From NCBI GenBank assembly GCA_049515915.1, contig JBEKTP010000006.1, positions 4,865 through 68,864 of the forward strand: a DNA stretch of 64,000 nt. The letters run 5' to 3'. The translations under genes and the position numbers were made by a program. Below the pieces are notes generated by a model, which saw only the letters and a list, made by a program, of their open reading frames with translations, searched no databases and was not told the origin of the DNA. Of the stretch, positions 8,714 to 18,111 are shown piece after piece (positions within the stretch are counted from its first letter, which is position 1; the number at the start of each line of letters is the position of its first letter). The stretch is from Patescibacteria group bacterium (lineage in GTDB: Bacteria; Patescibacteriota; UBA1384; UBA12157; JAENIV01).

Positions 8714-10555
8714 ATGCAGGTCGCTCAAATCGTTGTCAAAGTTCGGACGACTAAAGAGGATATTTTTGATTATAGTATTCCGCCGAATTTGTTGGCGATA
8801 GTAAAAATTGGAATTTTGGTGGAGGTAAATTTTCACGGACGAAAAGTGGAAGGAATTATTGTTAGCCTTAAAAGGTCATCTAAAATCGAGAAGCTTTTAC
8901 CAATACTTTCGATCACTGATCCAAATCCAGTGGTCGATGATATCCATATTCGGCTTGCTTTCTGGATGTCAGATTACTATTTAGCGCCAATGGGTAAAAC
9001 GCTGTTCGAAAATGTCGTGCCAGTCGCCAAAAGATCTCTAAAAATTGAGGGGGAATACTCTAATCTTCAATCAAATTATATTCGACCGAAAAATCCAGAG
9101 AAGAACTCGCTGGCGATCGCCGATTTTAAAACACGAATAAACTTTTATTTAAAGATGATCGAAAAAACTTTAGCCCAAAACCGATCCGTCATTATTTTAG
9201 TTCCCGATTTATCGATCATAAAATATTTCACATTCTCCAGGCTGAGAGGTAAAAAATTTAGCAAAAGCGATATTTCCATTCTACACGCCGGCTTAACTAA
9301 AACTGGACGCTGGACTGAATGGAGCAAAATCCGATCAGGTCAAACCAAAATAATTATTGGCTCTTTGTCGGCCTTGTTTGCGCCAGCAAAAAACCTCGGA
9401 TTAATTATCATCGATCAAGAGGAAAATGAAACATACAAGAACGATCGTCAGCCGCGCTTTAGTGCTGTGGGAGTAGCTCAAAAACTTGGTGATCTTTCCG
9501 GCGCTTCCTTGATTCTTGGCTCAGTCTCGCCCCGCGTCGAAACATATTGGCAAGCTAATCGCGAAAGATATAAAATATTTCGTAAAGCCGCTCTAGGTAA
9601 GTCAACCATTGTCAATATGGCCTTCGAAAAGGGAATAATTTCCCATCCTCTCGAACAAAAAATCACTGATACTCTTAAAAAAAATAATAAAATTTTACTG
9701 GTCCTTAATCGTAAGGGTGAAGGAACCAAATTTTCTTGCCCTGATTGCGGCTGGATCGCCATCTGCGAGAAGTGCGGCCTGCCGCTTATTCCGCAAAAAA
9801 GCGAGAACGTCTGCTACCATTGCGAGAGATCGTTTTTAAAGCCTTTATTTTGTCCCAAATGCAAAAGCCCCATTTTAAAACCCGCTGGACTTGGTACGAC
9901 CAGACTGAAAAAAATATTGGAAAAACTCTATCCCAAAACAAAAATTATTATTATCGAAAAAGATTCGCATCAAGAAAGCCAGGCTTGGAATATCGCAATT
10001 ATCACTTCATATGCCTTAAAATTGCAATTTCCAAAAATCGGTTTAGTCGGAATTATCGATGCGGATCAAACCTTGAGTCTGCCCGATTTTTCTACGACGG
10101 AAGAATTATTTGAAACATTTTACAAATTTTTAAGACTCGGTAATGAAAAGGTTATCCAAACTCATTTGATCGATCACTCGGTTATCAAAAGTCTCGCTGC
10201 GCTGGACTATCACCAATTTCTACGATCTGAACTGAGTGAACGAAAAAATGGCAATTTTCCACCCTTTAGACAATTGATCCGTCTCGAATATCAAAATCCT
10301 GATTTGAAAATTGCGGCAGAGGAATGTCGGCAAGTCTTTGAATTGATTAACAAATTAAATGACGATTCCACCACCCAAATCTCAGAACCGTACCAACCGT
10401 TTATCCAAAAAAAACGCCATAAATTTCGTTACCAAATCGTTATCAGGACCAAAAATATCTTTTTAAAAACAACTCTCGGTGAAAAGCTTAAGATGTTTCT
10501 TAAATCCCTGCCCAGGGGCTGGATCATTGACGTCGACCCGATCAGTTTACTTTGA
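8714..10555 (+). CDS. priA: Primosomal protein N' (PriA)-like, helicase motifs degenerate
   Basis: N-terminal 3'-DNA-binding-like domain and C-terminal Cys4x2 zinc module (CPDCGWIAICEKCG...CYHCER...CPKCKSP). No recognisable GKT Walker A. Confidence 0.5.
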   Translation: MQVAQIVVKVRTTKEDIFDYSIPPNLLAIVKIGILVEVNFHGRKVEGIIVSLKRSSKIEKLLPILSITDPNPVVDDIHIRLAFWMSDYYLAPMGKTLFENVVPVAKRSLKIEGEYSNLQSNYIRPKNPEKNSLAIADFKTRINFYLKMIEKTLAQNRSVIILVPDLSIIKYFTFSRLRGKKFSKSDISILHAGLTKTGRWTEWSKIRSGQTKIIIGSLSALFAPAKNLGLIIIDQEENETYKNDRQPRFSAVGVAQKLGDLSGASLILGSVSPRVETYWQANRERYKIFRKAALGKSTIVNMAFEKGIISHPLEQKITDTLKKNNKILLVLNRKGEGTKFSCPDCGWIAICEKCGLPLIPQKSENVCYHCERSFLKPLFCPKCKSPILKPAGLGTTRLKKILEKLYPKTKIIIIEKDSHQESQAWNIAIITSYALKLQFPKIGLVGIIDADQTLSLPDFSTTEELFETFYKFLRLGNEKVIQTHLIDHSVIKSLAALDYHQFLRSELSERKNGNFPPFRQLIRLEYQNPDLKIAAEECRQVFELINKLNDDSTTQISEPYQPFIQKKRHKFRYQIVIRTKNIFLKTTLGEKLKMFLKSLPRGWIIDVDPISLL

Positions 10556-10605
10556 ATAATATCGTCTCAATAAAAAATCTGCTAATATAGATACGAAGGA
10601 GTGGT

Positions 10606-11766
10606 ATGCGAATTGGTATTTTTAGTGAATGCTACAATCCCGTTCTCAATGGCGTCGTCGTTTCGATTAATACCTTCAAGGCCGAACTCGAAAAACGCGG
10701 TTACGAATTTTATATTTTTACCACGGCCAGTTTAAATAAACAAGAAAATGATCCTCGTATTATTCGATACCCCATCATGCTGCCGTTTAAATCTAAAGGT
10801 GGAAAATACCCGATTGCTTGGCCGCAAAACGCCAAAAAGACCGCTAAAAAGATTGCTCAGCTCAATTTAGATCTAATTCATAGTCAGCATTTATTGGGGC
10901 TGGGTCAAACCGGCCGAAAGACCGCTACAATTCTGGGAATTCCTAAAGTTTTAACCTATCACACCTTACTGGCGGAATACGCCCACTATGTGCCGCTTTT
11001 CCCCGGCCTCGCCAAGCGGTATTTAATCCGCCAAAGCCGTAATATTTGCAACCGCTACGATCAAATTATCACTCCTTCGCCCTCAATGGCTAAAGTTTTA
11101 AGCAAGTACGGCGTCGTCAAACCGATCGAATCTATTGCGACCGGCGTTAACTTAGATGAATATGACCAGCCGTTTAGCCGAGAAGAATTAAAAGCCCGAT
11201 GGTCAGTCCCCACGGATAAAAAATTACTTCTTTATGTCAGCCGAATTGCCAAAGAAAAAAATATTGATTTACTGTTGGAAGCGGTTAAATCATTGACCAA
11301 GAAACGCTCAGATTTTCATCTTTTAATGATCGGGGGTGGACCGGAGCTTAATACCTACAAAAAAATGGTTCAGAATAGCAATCTACGCTCGGTCGTAACT
11401 TTTACTAATATGCAGCCGAAAAACGAAACGGTTAAATATTTTGGCGCGGCGGACATTTTCACCTTTCCTTCCTACACTGAAACTCAAGGCATTGTGATCA
11501 CCGAAGCGATGGCCGCTGGCGTTCCAGCGGTCGCCATTAATAAAATGGGGCCTTCCAATATTATTAAAAACGGCGTGGACGGATATTTAACCGACTTGAA
11601 TGTTGACGAATTTACTGATAGAATTAATCGCTTGCTCAATAACGACGAACTTCGAAAAAAAATGGGGCAAGCGGCGAAAGCTAACGCCCAAGAATATTCA
11701 ACTAAAGCTTGTGCCGATAAAATGGAAGAGTTATATGTCAAAGTCACGCATCATCACCGTTCCTAA
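10606..11766 (+). CDS. Glycosyltransferase family 4
   Basis: GT-B fold with ETQGIVITEAMAAGVPAV (the E-X7-E region), 386 aa. Confidence 0.75.
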   Translation: MRIGIFSECYNPVLNGVVVSINTFKAELEKRGYEFYIFTTASLNKQENDPRIIRYPIMLPFKSKGGKYPIAWPQNAKKTAKKIAQLNLDLIHSQHLLGLGQTGRKTATILGIPKVLTYHTLLAEYAHYVPLFPGLAKRYLIRQSRNICNRYDQIITPSPSMAKVLSKYGVVKPIESIATGVNLDEYDQPFSREELKARWSVPTDKKLLLYVSRIAKEKNIDLLLEAVKSLTKKRSDFHLLMIGGGPELNTYKKMVQNSNLRSVVTFTNMQPKNETVKYFGAADIFTFPSYTETQGIVITEAMAAGVPAVAINKMGPSNIIKNGVDGYLTDLNVDEFTDRINRLLNNDELRKKMGQAAKANAQEYSTKACADKMEELYVKVTHHHRS

Positions 11767-13099
11767 CCCATTTCTTAAGGAAAAAACTGAGAAAATCAGT
11801 TCTCTTGACCGTGAAGTCCAAATTCAAATTAAAGAAATGATTGCCACCTTACGTCGCGAAGGCGGCATTGGCTTGGCCGCCAACCAGCTCGGTTACAAAA
11901 ACCAAGTTATTGTGATTGAATTTATCGACCCCGAAGAAAAAAATCACCTTCCCTTAACGATCTTTATTAACCCGGAAATTGTCAAATATTCCGGCGAAAC
12001 CGAATGTTTCGACGAGGGCTGTCTTTCGGTTCCCAAAATTGAATTTGAGCTCGAGCGGCCAGCCAAACTTAAACTCAAATATGAAGATGAGCACGGCCAC
12101 AAACTTAAAATCGCGCCTAAAGGACTTTTGGCCCGAATTTTGCAACACGAGATTGATCATTTAAATGGAATTTTATTTATCGAACGAGCGCGGGCTCAAC
12201 TTTTCAAAAATTACCCCGAGCTTAAAAACACTCAAATTGCTTTTTTGGGTTCGGGTGAATTCGGCGCGGTCATTTGCGAAGGTCTAATCCATTTGGGCGT
12301 AAATTTAAAAATTTATACCGAAGCGGCAAAAGCGGCCGGTCGAGGAAAACTTTTGCAATCAACGCCAGTCGCCGATCGGGCAAAAAAATTTGGCAAACAA
12401 TATACCGAAATTACCGACATCAAAAAGGCAGTGATAGACGATTGCGACCTTTTAATCTGCGCTGATTTTGGCCAAATATTACCCAAACAAATCTTAGAGA
12501 TTCCTACCATTAAGGCGATTAATATTCACCCCTCCTTGTTGCCGAAATATCAAGGACCTTCCCCGATTCAGACCGCTCTCCTACAAGGAGAAAAGGTTAC
12601 CGGAGTTTCGATTATTGAGATGACTGTAAAAATTGACGAAGGGCCAATTATCACTCAAACCGAGATTGATATTGCCGAAAACGACGATTATACCACTTTA
12701 AGAGATAAACTGGCCACCGTCGGCATTAAACTTCTGGCAAAAAATTTGGGCGAAATTGTTCGCGGCAACCTCGAAGGAAATCCTCAACCCAAAAACTTTA
12801 TGATCAAAACCCGTAAATTTGCTAAAGCGGACGGTGAAATTTCGTGGAATAAAACCCCTCCAGAAATCGAACGTCAAATCAGAGCTTTCCAACCATGGCC
12901 TGGCACATACACCCTCATTGACAACCAGAGACTGTTAATTCACGCCGTCCATATGGAAAAAAAACGGTTGGTTTTAGATTCCGTCCAGCTTGAAGGCAAA
13001 ACACCAACCGATTTCGGCAGTTTCCTTCGCGGCTGGCACGGTCAGAAACCGAAATGGTTAAGTAAAATCAAAATCAATAAAAATGTCTCCACTGGTTGA
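11735..13099 (+). CDS. Peptide deformylase fused to methionyl-tRNA formyltransferase (Def-Fmt single polypeptide)
   Basis: Def motifs GIGLAANQLG, EGCLSVP, QHEIDHLNG, followed in the same frame by Fmt motifs IAFLGSGEFG and NIHPSLLPKYQGPSPIQ. Start chosen at MSKSRIITVPNPF, since the ORF-track start at 11600 overlaps the GT4 gene. Confidence 0.75.
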   Translation: MSKSRIITVPNPFLKEKTEKISSLDREVQIQIKEMIATLRREGGIGLAANQLGYKNQVIVIEFIDPEEKNHLPLTIFINPEIVKYSGETECFDEGCLSVPKIEFELERPAKLKLKYEDEHGHKLKIAPKGLLARILQHEIDHLNGILFIERARAQLFKNYPELKNTQIAFLGSGEFGAVICEGLIHLGVNLKIYTEAAKAAGRGKLLQSTPVADRAKKFGKQYTEITDIKKAVIDDCDLLICADFGQILPKQILEIPTIKAINIHPSLLPKYQGPSPIQTALLQGEKVTGVSIIEMTVKIDEGPIITQTEIDIAENDDYTTLRDKLATVGIKLLAKNLGEIVRGNLEGNPQPKNFMIKTRKFAKADGEISWNKTPPEIERQIRAFQPWPGTYTLIDNQRLLIHAVHMEKKRLVLDSVQLEGKTPTDFGSFLRGWHGQKPKWLSKIKINKNVSTG

Positions 13100-13176
13100 C
13101 AGAATTAGAATTAAAAGTTATAATAATAACCTGAAGGGGTTTTTATTTAAAAATTTTCTTTAAGGATTTAAAATTA

Positions 13177-13716
13177 ATGTTAACCATCAGACTTCGCCGA
13201 ACAGGCAAAAAAGGACAACCTTTATACCGAATTGTCGTCGCCGATGAACGCACGTCGGTTTATGGTAATTATTTAGAAATGATTGGTACCTACAATCCAA
13301 AGACCAAAGCCGTCACTTTAGATAACGAGAAGGCACTTAAGTGGATGACCCATGGGGCCAAGCCGTCCAATACCGTCTCTAAAATTTTTCAGAAAGAAGG
13401 GGTAAAGCATAATTCAGTGGTCATCAAAAAATTCCGAGCCGTTTCTAAAAAGGAGCTCGAGGCTCAAAAGGTTCAGGAAGAAAAAGCCAAAGCCGAAGAA
13501 GCGGCCAAGAAAGAGAAAGCTAAAGAGGCTTTCGAGGCTCAAGTGGAAGCGGAAAAGGCAGCGGCGCCAAAAGAAGACAAGCTCCATGAAATGGCGGAGG
13601 AATCAATCGCCGATGTCAAGTCCATTGAGAGCGAAAAAGAAGCGGCCAAAGCCTCCCCCGATGCCAAAGCCGAGCCAGCATCTCAAGAACCGGCCCAAGA
13701 TACAAAAGAAAATTGA
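13177..13716 (+). CDS. rpsP: 30S ribosomal protein S16 with ~90-aa K/E/A-rich C-terminal extension
   Basis: MLTIRLRRTGKKGQPLYRIVVADERT... canonical S16 followed by a low-complexity charged tail. Confidence 0.85.
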   Translation: MLTIRLRRTGKKGQPLYRIVVADERTSVYGNYLEMIGTYNPKTKAVTLDNEKALKWMTHGAKPSNTVSKIFQKEGVKHNSVVIKKFRAVSKKELEAQKVQEEKAKAEEAAKKEKAKEAFEAQVEAEKAAAPKEDKLHEMAEESIADVKSIESEKEAAKASPDAKAEPASQEPAQDTKEN

Positions 13717-13825
13717 TATTTGATTTGAACACAAAAATACTTTTTGATAAAATATAAATGCATGATAAGCAAGAAAAACAGCAGTACGGTCGACTGCTCA
13801 AATCGTAGATAGAAATGGAGAAAAA

Positions 13826-14155
13826 ATGGCAGCAGAAGCAGACAAAGATTTTGTCGAAATGGTTGTCAAAGCGATTGTCGATCATCCGGAAGATGTCAAA
13901 ACCAAAAGATCAGTTGATGAAATGGGAGTTTTAATCGAACTGACCGTTCATCCTGAAGATATGGGGAAGATCATCGGCAAGGAAGGTCGCACCGCTAAAT
14001 CGATCCGCACCTTGCTCCGTGTCTTAGGGGCTAAAAACAACGCTCGGGTCAACTTAAAAATTGTTGAACCAGAAGGACGTGAAGCTAAAGTCTCAGAGAG
14101 CAATGAAGCCAAAGAGGAAAAGCTCGAAGAAGGCAAAGCCACCGAAGTTGTCTAA
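13826..14155 (+). CDS. KH-domain RNA-binding protein (YlqC/UPF0109-like)
   Basis: GKIIGKEGRTAKSIRTLLRV KH GXXG loop. Conserved position between rpsP and trmD. Confidence 0.7.
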   Translation: MAAEADKDFVEMVVKAIVDHPEDVKTKRSVDEMGVLIELTVHPEDMGKIIGKEGRTAKSIRTLLRVLGAKNNARVNLKIVEPEGREAKVSESNEAKEEKLEEGKATEVV

Positions 14156-14271
14156 GGCCACTTAAAAGATAAATAAAAAATATTCAAAGGATCGCCACAA
14201 TCCTCTGGCTCGTTGTCGAGTTCGGGAAAGGCGATTCTTTGTATCATCGAGTGTAATACCTAATAAATTAA

Positions 14272-14946
14272 ATGACTTATCATATCATCACAACTCAACC
14301 ATCAACTTTCGAATCCTTTTTAAAAACGGGTTTAATTGCGCGTGGAATCGAGAACAAAATCATCGATGTCAAAATTCATAGTCTTTACGATTTTGCGGCC
14401 GACAAACACCGTACCATCGACGACTCGCCCTATGGCGGCGGCCCCGGCATGGTTTTGCGAGTTGATATTATGGATAAAGCCTTATCCAAACTTAAAACTA
14501 AAAGCTTAAAACTAAAAACTATTTTATTAACACCGCAAGGAAAAAGATTCACTCAAAAAGATACCAAGAGACTATCGAAGGAGAGGGAATTAATTCTCGT
14601 TTCCGGCCGTTTCGAGGGATATGACGAAAGAATCCGCCAACTTATTGACGAGGAAATATCAATCGGCGATTACATTTTAACTTCCGGCGATTTGCCAGCG
14701 ATGGTGTTAATTGACGCTATTTCCCGCCATCTGCCAGGCTTTATTCAAGAAAAAGAATCTCTTAAAAACGAATCATTTAACAATAATTTGCTGGAATATC
14801 CTCAATACACTCGCCCACCCGAATATAAAAAACTAAAAGTGCCCGCCATACTCCTTTCGGGCGACCATGCCAAAATTAAAAGATGGCGCGAGACTGCCTC
14901 CGCCCAAAAAACCCGGCAAAAAAGACAAGATCTCCTAAATATTTGA
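14272..14946 (+). CDS. trmD: tRNA (guanine37-N1)-methyltransferase
   Basis: LVSGRFEGYDERI and GDYILTSGDLPAMVLIDAISR SPOUT-knot motifs. Confidence 0.85.
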   Translation: MTYHIITTQPSTFESFLKTGLIARGIENKIIDVKIHSLYDFAADKHRTIDDSPYGGGPGMVLRVDIMDKALSKLKTKSLKLKTILLTPQGKRFTQKDTKRLSKERELILVSGRFEGYDERIRQLIDEEISIGDYILTSGDLPAMVLIDAISRHLPGFIQEKESLKNESFNNNLLEYPQYTRPPEYKKLKVPAILLSGDHAKIKRWRETASAQKTRQKRQDLLNI

Positions 14947-15005
14947 CATTTCTCCTCGTGAGAGGTATAATACTACCAGAAAGATTGATAATTAAAGGAG
15001 GATTG

Positions 15006-15290
15006 ATGTCAAACATAAAAGAGATCATCAGACAAATATATCGAGACTTATTTTGTCCGGTCTGCGGGAAAAGTTACAAAATTGATCAATTAAATATCCG
15101 GGGGATCGTTGGTCAGACTTTGGCTGTTCAGACAACTTGCTCGAACGGCCACGCGACTTTGTTCATGACTTCCCTTGGCCAAATCGAACAGATTAAATCT
15201 GAACCGATTTCGGCCGACGACTGCATCGATATCCACTATAATTTAAAAAAGTTTAACGGAGATTTTGTGAATTTATGGAAATCGCATTAA
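15006..15290 (+). CDS. Small zinc-ribbon-like hypothetical protein
   Basis: RBS AAAGGAGG upstream of ATG 15006, CPVCG...C..H, 94 aa. Confidence 0.3.
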   Translation: MSNIKEIIRQIYRDLFCPVCGKSYKIDQLNIRGIVGQTLAVQTTCSNGHATLFMTSLGQIEQIKSEPISADDCIDIHYNLKKFNGDFVNLWKSH

Positions 15291-16009
15291 AAGCCGATCA
15301 GCGCGAAGTTCTAGGTAAAAAAGTTAAGAAATTAAGAAAGAACGGCCAAATCCCGGCGGTTTTGTATGGCCGAAAATCTGACCCAATTTCACTGGCGCTC
15401 AACCGCAAAGAGTTTTTTCAAGTTCAAAAAGTGGCCGGGGAAGCAACTTTAATTGATCTTCAAATCCCGGGCCAAAAAGAGACCAAAGCTTTAATTCGTC
15501 AAATTCAGCGTCATCCTGTCAGTGATAATATTTTACACGTTGATTTATATCGGGTTGATATGACCCAAGAAATCGAAACTGAAATCCCCTTTGAATTTAC
15601 CGGAGTTTCTCCGGCCGTTGAAGAACTCGAGGGCAATCTTATCACCAATAAGGACTCGGTCAAAGTTAAATGTTTACCAAATAAACTTGTTTCGGAAATT
15701 AAAGTGGATATTGGGACACTCAAAACTTTCGAAGATCTTATTCATTTAAGCGATATTAATGTGCCAGCCGGTATTGAGGTTTTAGATGATTCCGAAGAAA
15801 TCGTTGCTCAGGTCACGCCGCCTCGTTCCGAAGAAGAATTAGCCGAACTTGAAGCGGAAACAACGGCCGCCGCCGAGACCGAAAAAGCTCAAATTGAAAC
15901 GATGGAAACTCAAGCCGCCGCGGAGAAGGCGGAAAAAGAATCCGCTGAAGAAACTGAAGAAAACCAAGAAGCTGCTCCTCCAACGAAAGAAAAGGAATCA
16001 TCAAAGTAA
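15275..16009 (+). CDS. rplY: 50S ribosomal protein L25/general stress protein Ctc with acidic C-terminal tail
   Basis: MEIALKADQREVLGKKVKKLRKNGQIPAVLYG canonical L25 N-terminus. E/A-rich tail. Confidence 0.75.
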   Translation: MEIALKADQREVLGKKVKKLRKNGQIPAVLYGRKSDPISLALNRKEFFQVQKVAGEATLIDLQIPGQKETKALIRQIQRHPVSDNILHVDLYRVDMTQEIETEIPFEFTGVSPAVEELEGNLITNKDSVKVKCLPNKLVSEIKVDIGTLKTFEDLIHLSDINVPAGIEVLDDSEEIVAQVTPPRSEEELAELEAETTAAAETEKAQIETMETQAAAEKAEKESAEETEENQEAAPPTKEKESSK

Positions 16010-16022
16010 GATTTGGAAGGAT

Positions 16023-16045
16023 GCTCCTTAGGGAGCTTTCTTCTT
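16023..16045 (+). terminator. Rho-independent terminator after rplY
   Basis: GCTCC TTAG GGAGC followed by TTTCTTCTT. Confidence 0.45.
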
Positions 16046-16076
16046 AATATAGATGGACCAAGTCTCGAGGAGGTAA

Positions 16077-16388
16077 ATGACCATGGTCCAGACTGCGGCA
16101 GATAACGTCCTGTCGCCAAGCGAGTTTTGCAACCGAGTCGCGGCCGGCGTGACGGCTCAAATCATCACTGATACACACCCAGCCCAGCAAGATGACATTC
16201 ACCGCCTGATGGCCAGACAGTATGCCTTGAGTTTTGCGCTTGAATACTACAGGCAACACTCAGGCGAATTGGCGACCATCGAAGGCGACGAGAAGGAAAT
16301 CGCTGAAGCTATAAAGGCTTTCGTCGATGATGCCGTAAAAAAGATCAGCCCACGAGTCATCCAGCAACTCAGCAAAACTCGTGATTGA
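16077..16388 (+). CDS. Hypothetical protein on a short GC-rich cassette
   Basis: GGAGG RBS, 103 aa, no recognisable family. GC-rich DNA bounded by terminators on both sides. Confidence 0.4.
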   Translation: MTMVQTAADNVLSPSEFCNRVAAGVTAQIITDTHPAQQDDIHRLMARQYALSFALEYYRQHSGELATIEGDEKEIAEAIKAFVDDAVKKISPRVIQQLSKTRD

Positions 16389-16396
16389 AGAGATCC

Positions 16397-16430
16397 GGCG
16401 CCCCGCTTAGCGGGGCGCCGACTCATTTTA
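16397..16430 (+). terminator. Strong rho-independent terminator
   Basis: GGCGCCCCG CTTAG CGGGGCGCC perfect 9-bp stem followed by a T-rich tract. Confidence 0.6.
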
Positions 16431-16455
16431 AAATGAAATACTTTTTTGTAAGAAA

Positions 16456-17484
16456 ATGTATTATATTTTTACTTTAGGTTGTCAAATGAATCTCGCCGAC
16501 TCCGAACGAATCGCGGCGATTTTGGAACGACAGGGATATAAAGCGGCCACTGAAAAAGAGGCCGATTTGATCGTTGTCAATGCCTGCTCGGTTCGTCAAA
16601 AAGCCGTTGATCGTATTTGGGGCAAAATTAAAAAGTGGCAAGAAGCAGGCAAAAAGATAATCCTCACTGGTTGTGTTTTACCTTTAGATCGAAAAAAGTT
16701 TGCCCGAAAGGGAATAGAGTATACCGATTTTCGTAATGAGAATTTTTTCAATATTATCCCTCGTAACCTTTCCCCGATAACCTATATTCCTATTATGACC
16801 GGTTGCGATAATTTTTGTTCTTACTGCGCCGTGCCTTACACTCGCGGCCGGGAAGTCTCAAGACCTCTCAGCGATATTATGCGTGAAATTAAAATTGCCG
16901 TTGCCGGCGGGAATAAAGAAATTCTTCTTCTGGGTCAAAATGTGAATTCGTACAAAATTAAAAAATCAAAATACAAAATACAAAATGACAAATCAAAATG
17001 TAAAATTGATAATAGTGATTTTATTGAGTTATTAAAAAAGATCGATAATCTTCCTGGTGATTTTAAATTAAATTTTCTTTCATCCAATCCTCACGATATG
17101 AGCAATGAGCTAATTGAATGTTTGGCTGATTTAAAAAAATGGCCGCGAGAACTTCATCTGGCAATGCAGTCCGGCGACGATGAGATTTTAAAGAAAATGA
17201 ATCGGCGTTATAATAGCAGCCAATACTTGGCCTTAATCTCAAAACTCAAAACTCAAATCTCAAAATTAAGATTAAGCACAGATATAATCGTTGGATTCCC
17301 AGGCGAGACCAAAACGCAATTTAATAACACCGTCAAAATTTGCAAAAAAATCAATTTTGATAAGGCCTATATCGCCCAGTACTCTCCTCGTCCCGGCACC
17401 GCGGCGGCAAAATTGAAAGACGATGTCTCCCCCGCTGAAAAAAAACGCCGCTGGAAAATTTTAGAAAACTTAATAAACAAATAA
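16456..17484 (+). CDS. MiaB/RimO-family radical SAM methylthiotransferase, short form without TRAM domain
   Basis: N-terminal MTTase domain (LGCQMNLADSE, VVNACSVR) and rSAM CDNFCSYCAVPYTRG. 342 aa with an internal Lys-rich low-complexity insert. Confidence 0.75.
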   Translation: MYYIFTLGCQMNLADSERIAAILERQGYKAATEKEADLIVVNACSVRQKAVDRIWGKIKKWQEAGKKIILTGCVLPLDRKKFARKGIEYTDFRNENFFNIIPRNLSPITYIPIMTGCDNFCSYCAVPYTRGREVSRPLSDIMREIKIAVAGGNKEILLLGQNVNSYKIKKSKYKIQNDKSKCKIDNSDFIELLKKIDNLPGDFKLNFLSSNPHDMSNELIECLADLKKWPRELHLAMQSGDDEILKKMNRRYNSSQYLALISKLKTQISKLRLSTDIIVGFPGETKTQFNNTVKICKKINFDKAYIAQYSPRPGTAAAKLKDDVSPAEKKRRWKILENLINK

Positions 17485-17515
17485 TATCAAAATTTTTCCC
17501 AGTGATTTTTAGTTC

Positions 17516-17959
17516 TTAATCCAATGATGGTATTTTTAAATTCTCTCTTATTGTCTGTTCATCTTTATAAACGATTTCCGAGGAAGCACTTCCTGGCGGA
17601 CCAAAAACCAAATTCGAAAGTCTTATCAGTCTTCTCGCTGCGCCAGAAACTTGTTTTGGATAATCTTTACTAAAGTACCAATGAAATGGAAGTTGCTTAA
17701 AATTTGCTTCCAATTCGCATGATAAATTTCTGACTACGCGAGCACATTCGAGTTTTTCATTTCTAGGAATATTTTTATCACCTTGGCTACCAATTATATT
17801 AGCGTAAAATTTCAGTCTATTATCAATTCTTCCGATCGTTTTCTTGTATTCAAACATCGGTTTAAGAATAAAATTTTGTACAATCTGACCTATAACAAAA
17901 ACTAGAGTGCCAACGATAACAGTCTGAAAAACCTGATTATGGAAAATACTTATTACCAT
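17516..17959 (-). CDS. Hypothetical membrane-anchored protein
   Basis: N-terminal TM helix, no recognisable domain. Confidence 0.3.
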   Translation of the reverse strand: MVISIFHNQVFQTVIVGTLVFVIGQIVQNFILKPMFEYKKTIGRIDNRLKFYANIIGSQGDKNIPRNEKLECARVVRNLSCELEANFKQLPFHWYFSKDYPKQVSGAARRLIRLSNLVFGPPGSASSEIVYKDEQTIRENLKIPSLD

Positions 17960-17972
17960 TTCTATTTTCCGA

Positions 17973-18110
17973 TTATTTCGATTTCTTTTTTCTGCCAGCG
18001 GCTAAAGTTTGTGCCGCTTTTCGTTCTTTACTTTCGCGCGTATGCGGATTTTGGAGATCTCTTCCGGCTTTGCTCAATTGAGCCTTTGTCGGTTTTTTAT
18101 TTCTTGCCAT
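17973..18110 (-). CDS. Small highly basic hypothetical protein (45 aa), not in ORF track
   Basis: Manual translation of the minus strand: MARNKKPTKAQLSKAGRDLQNPHTRESKERKAAQTLAAGRKKKSK. Confidence 0.2.
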   Translation of the reverse strand: MARNKKPTKAQLSKAGRDLQNPHTRESKERKAAQTLAAGRKKKSK

Positions 18111-18111
18111 T

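Noticed and set aside
11600-11734. ORF-track start of the def-fmt gene at 11600
   Set aside because: It would overlap 167 nt of the GT4 gene. The downstream Met at 11735 begins the conserved Def N-terminus.
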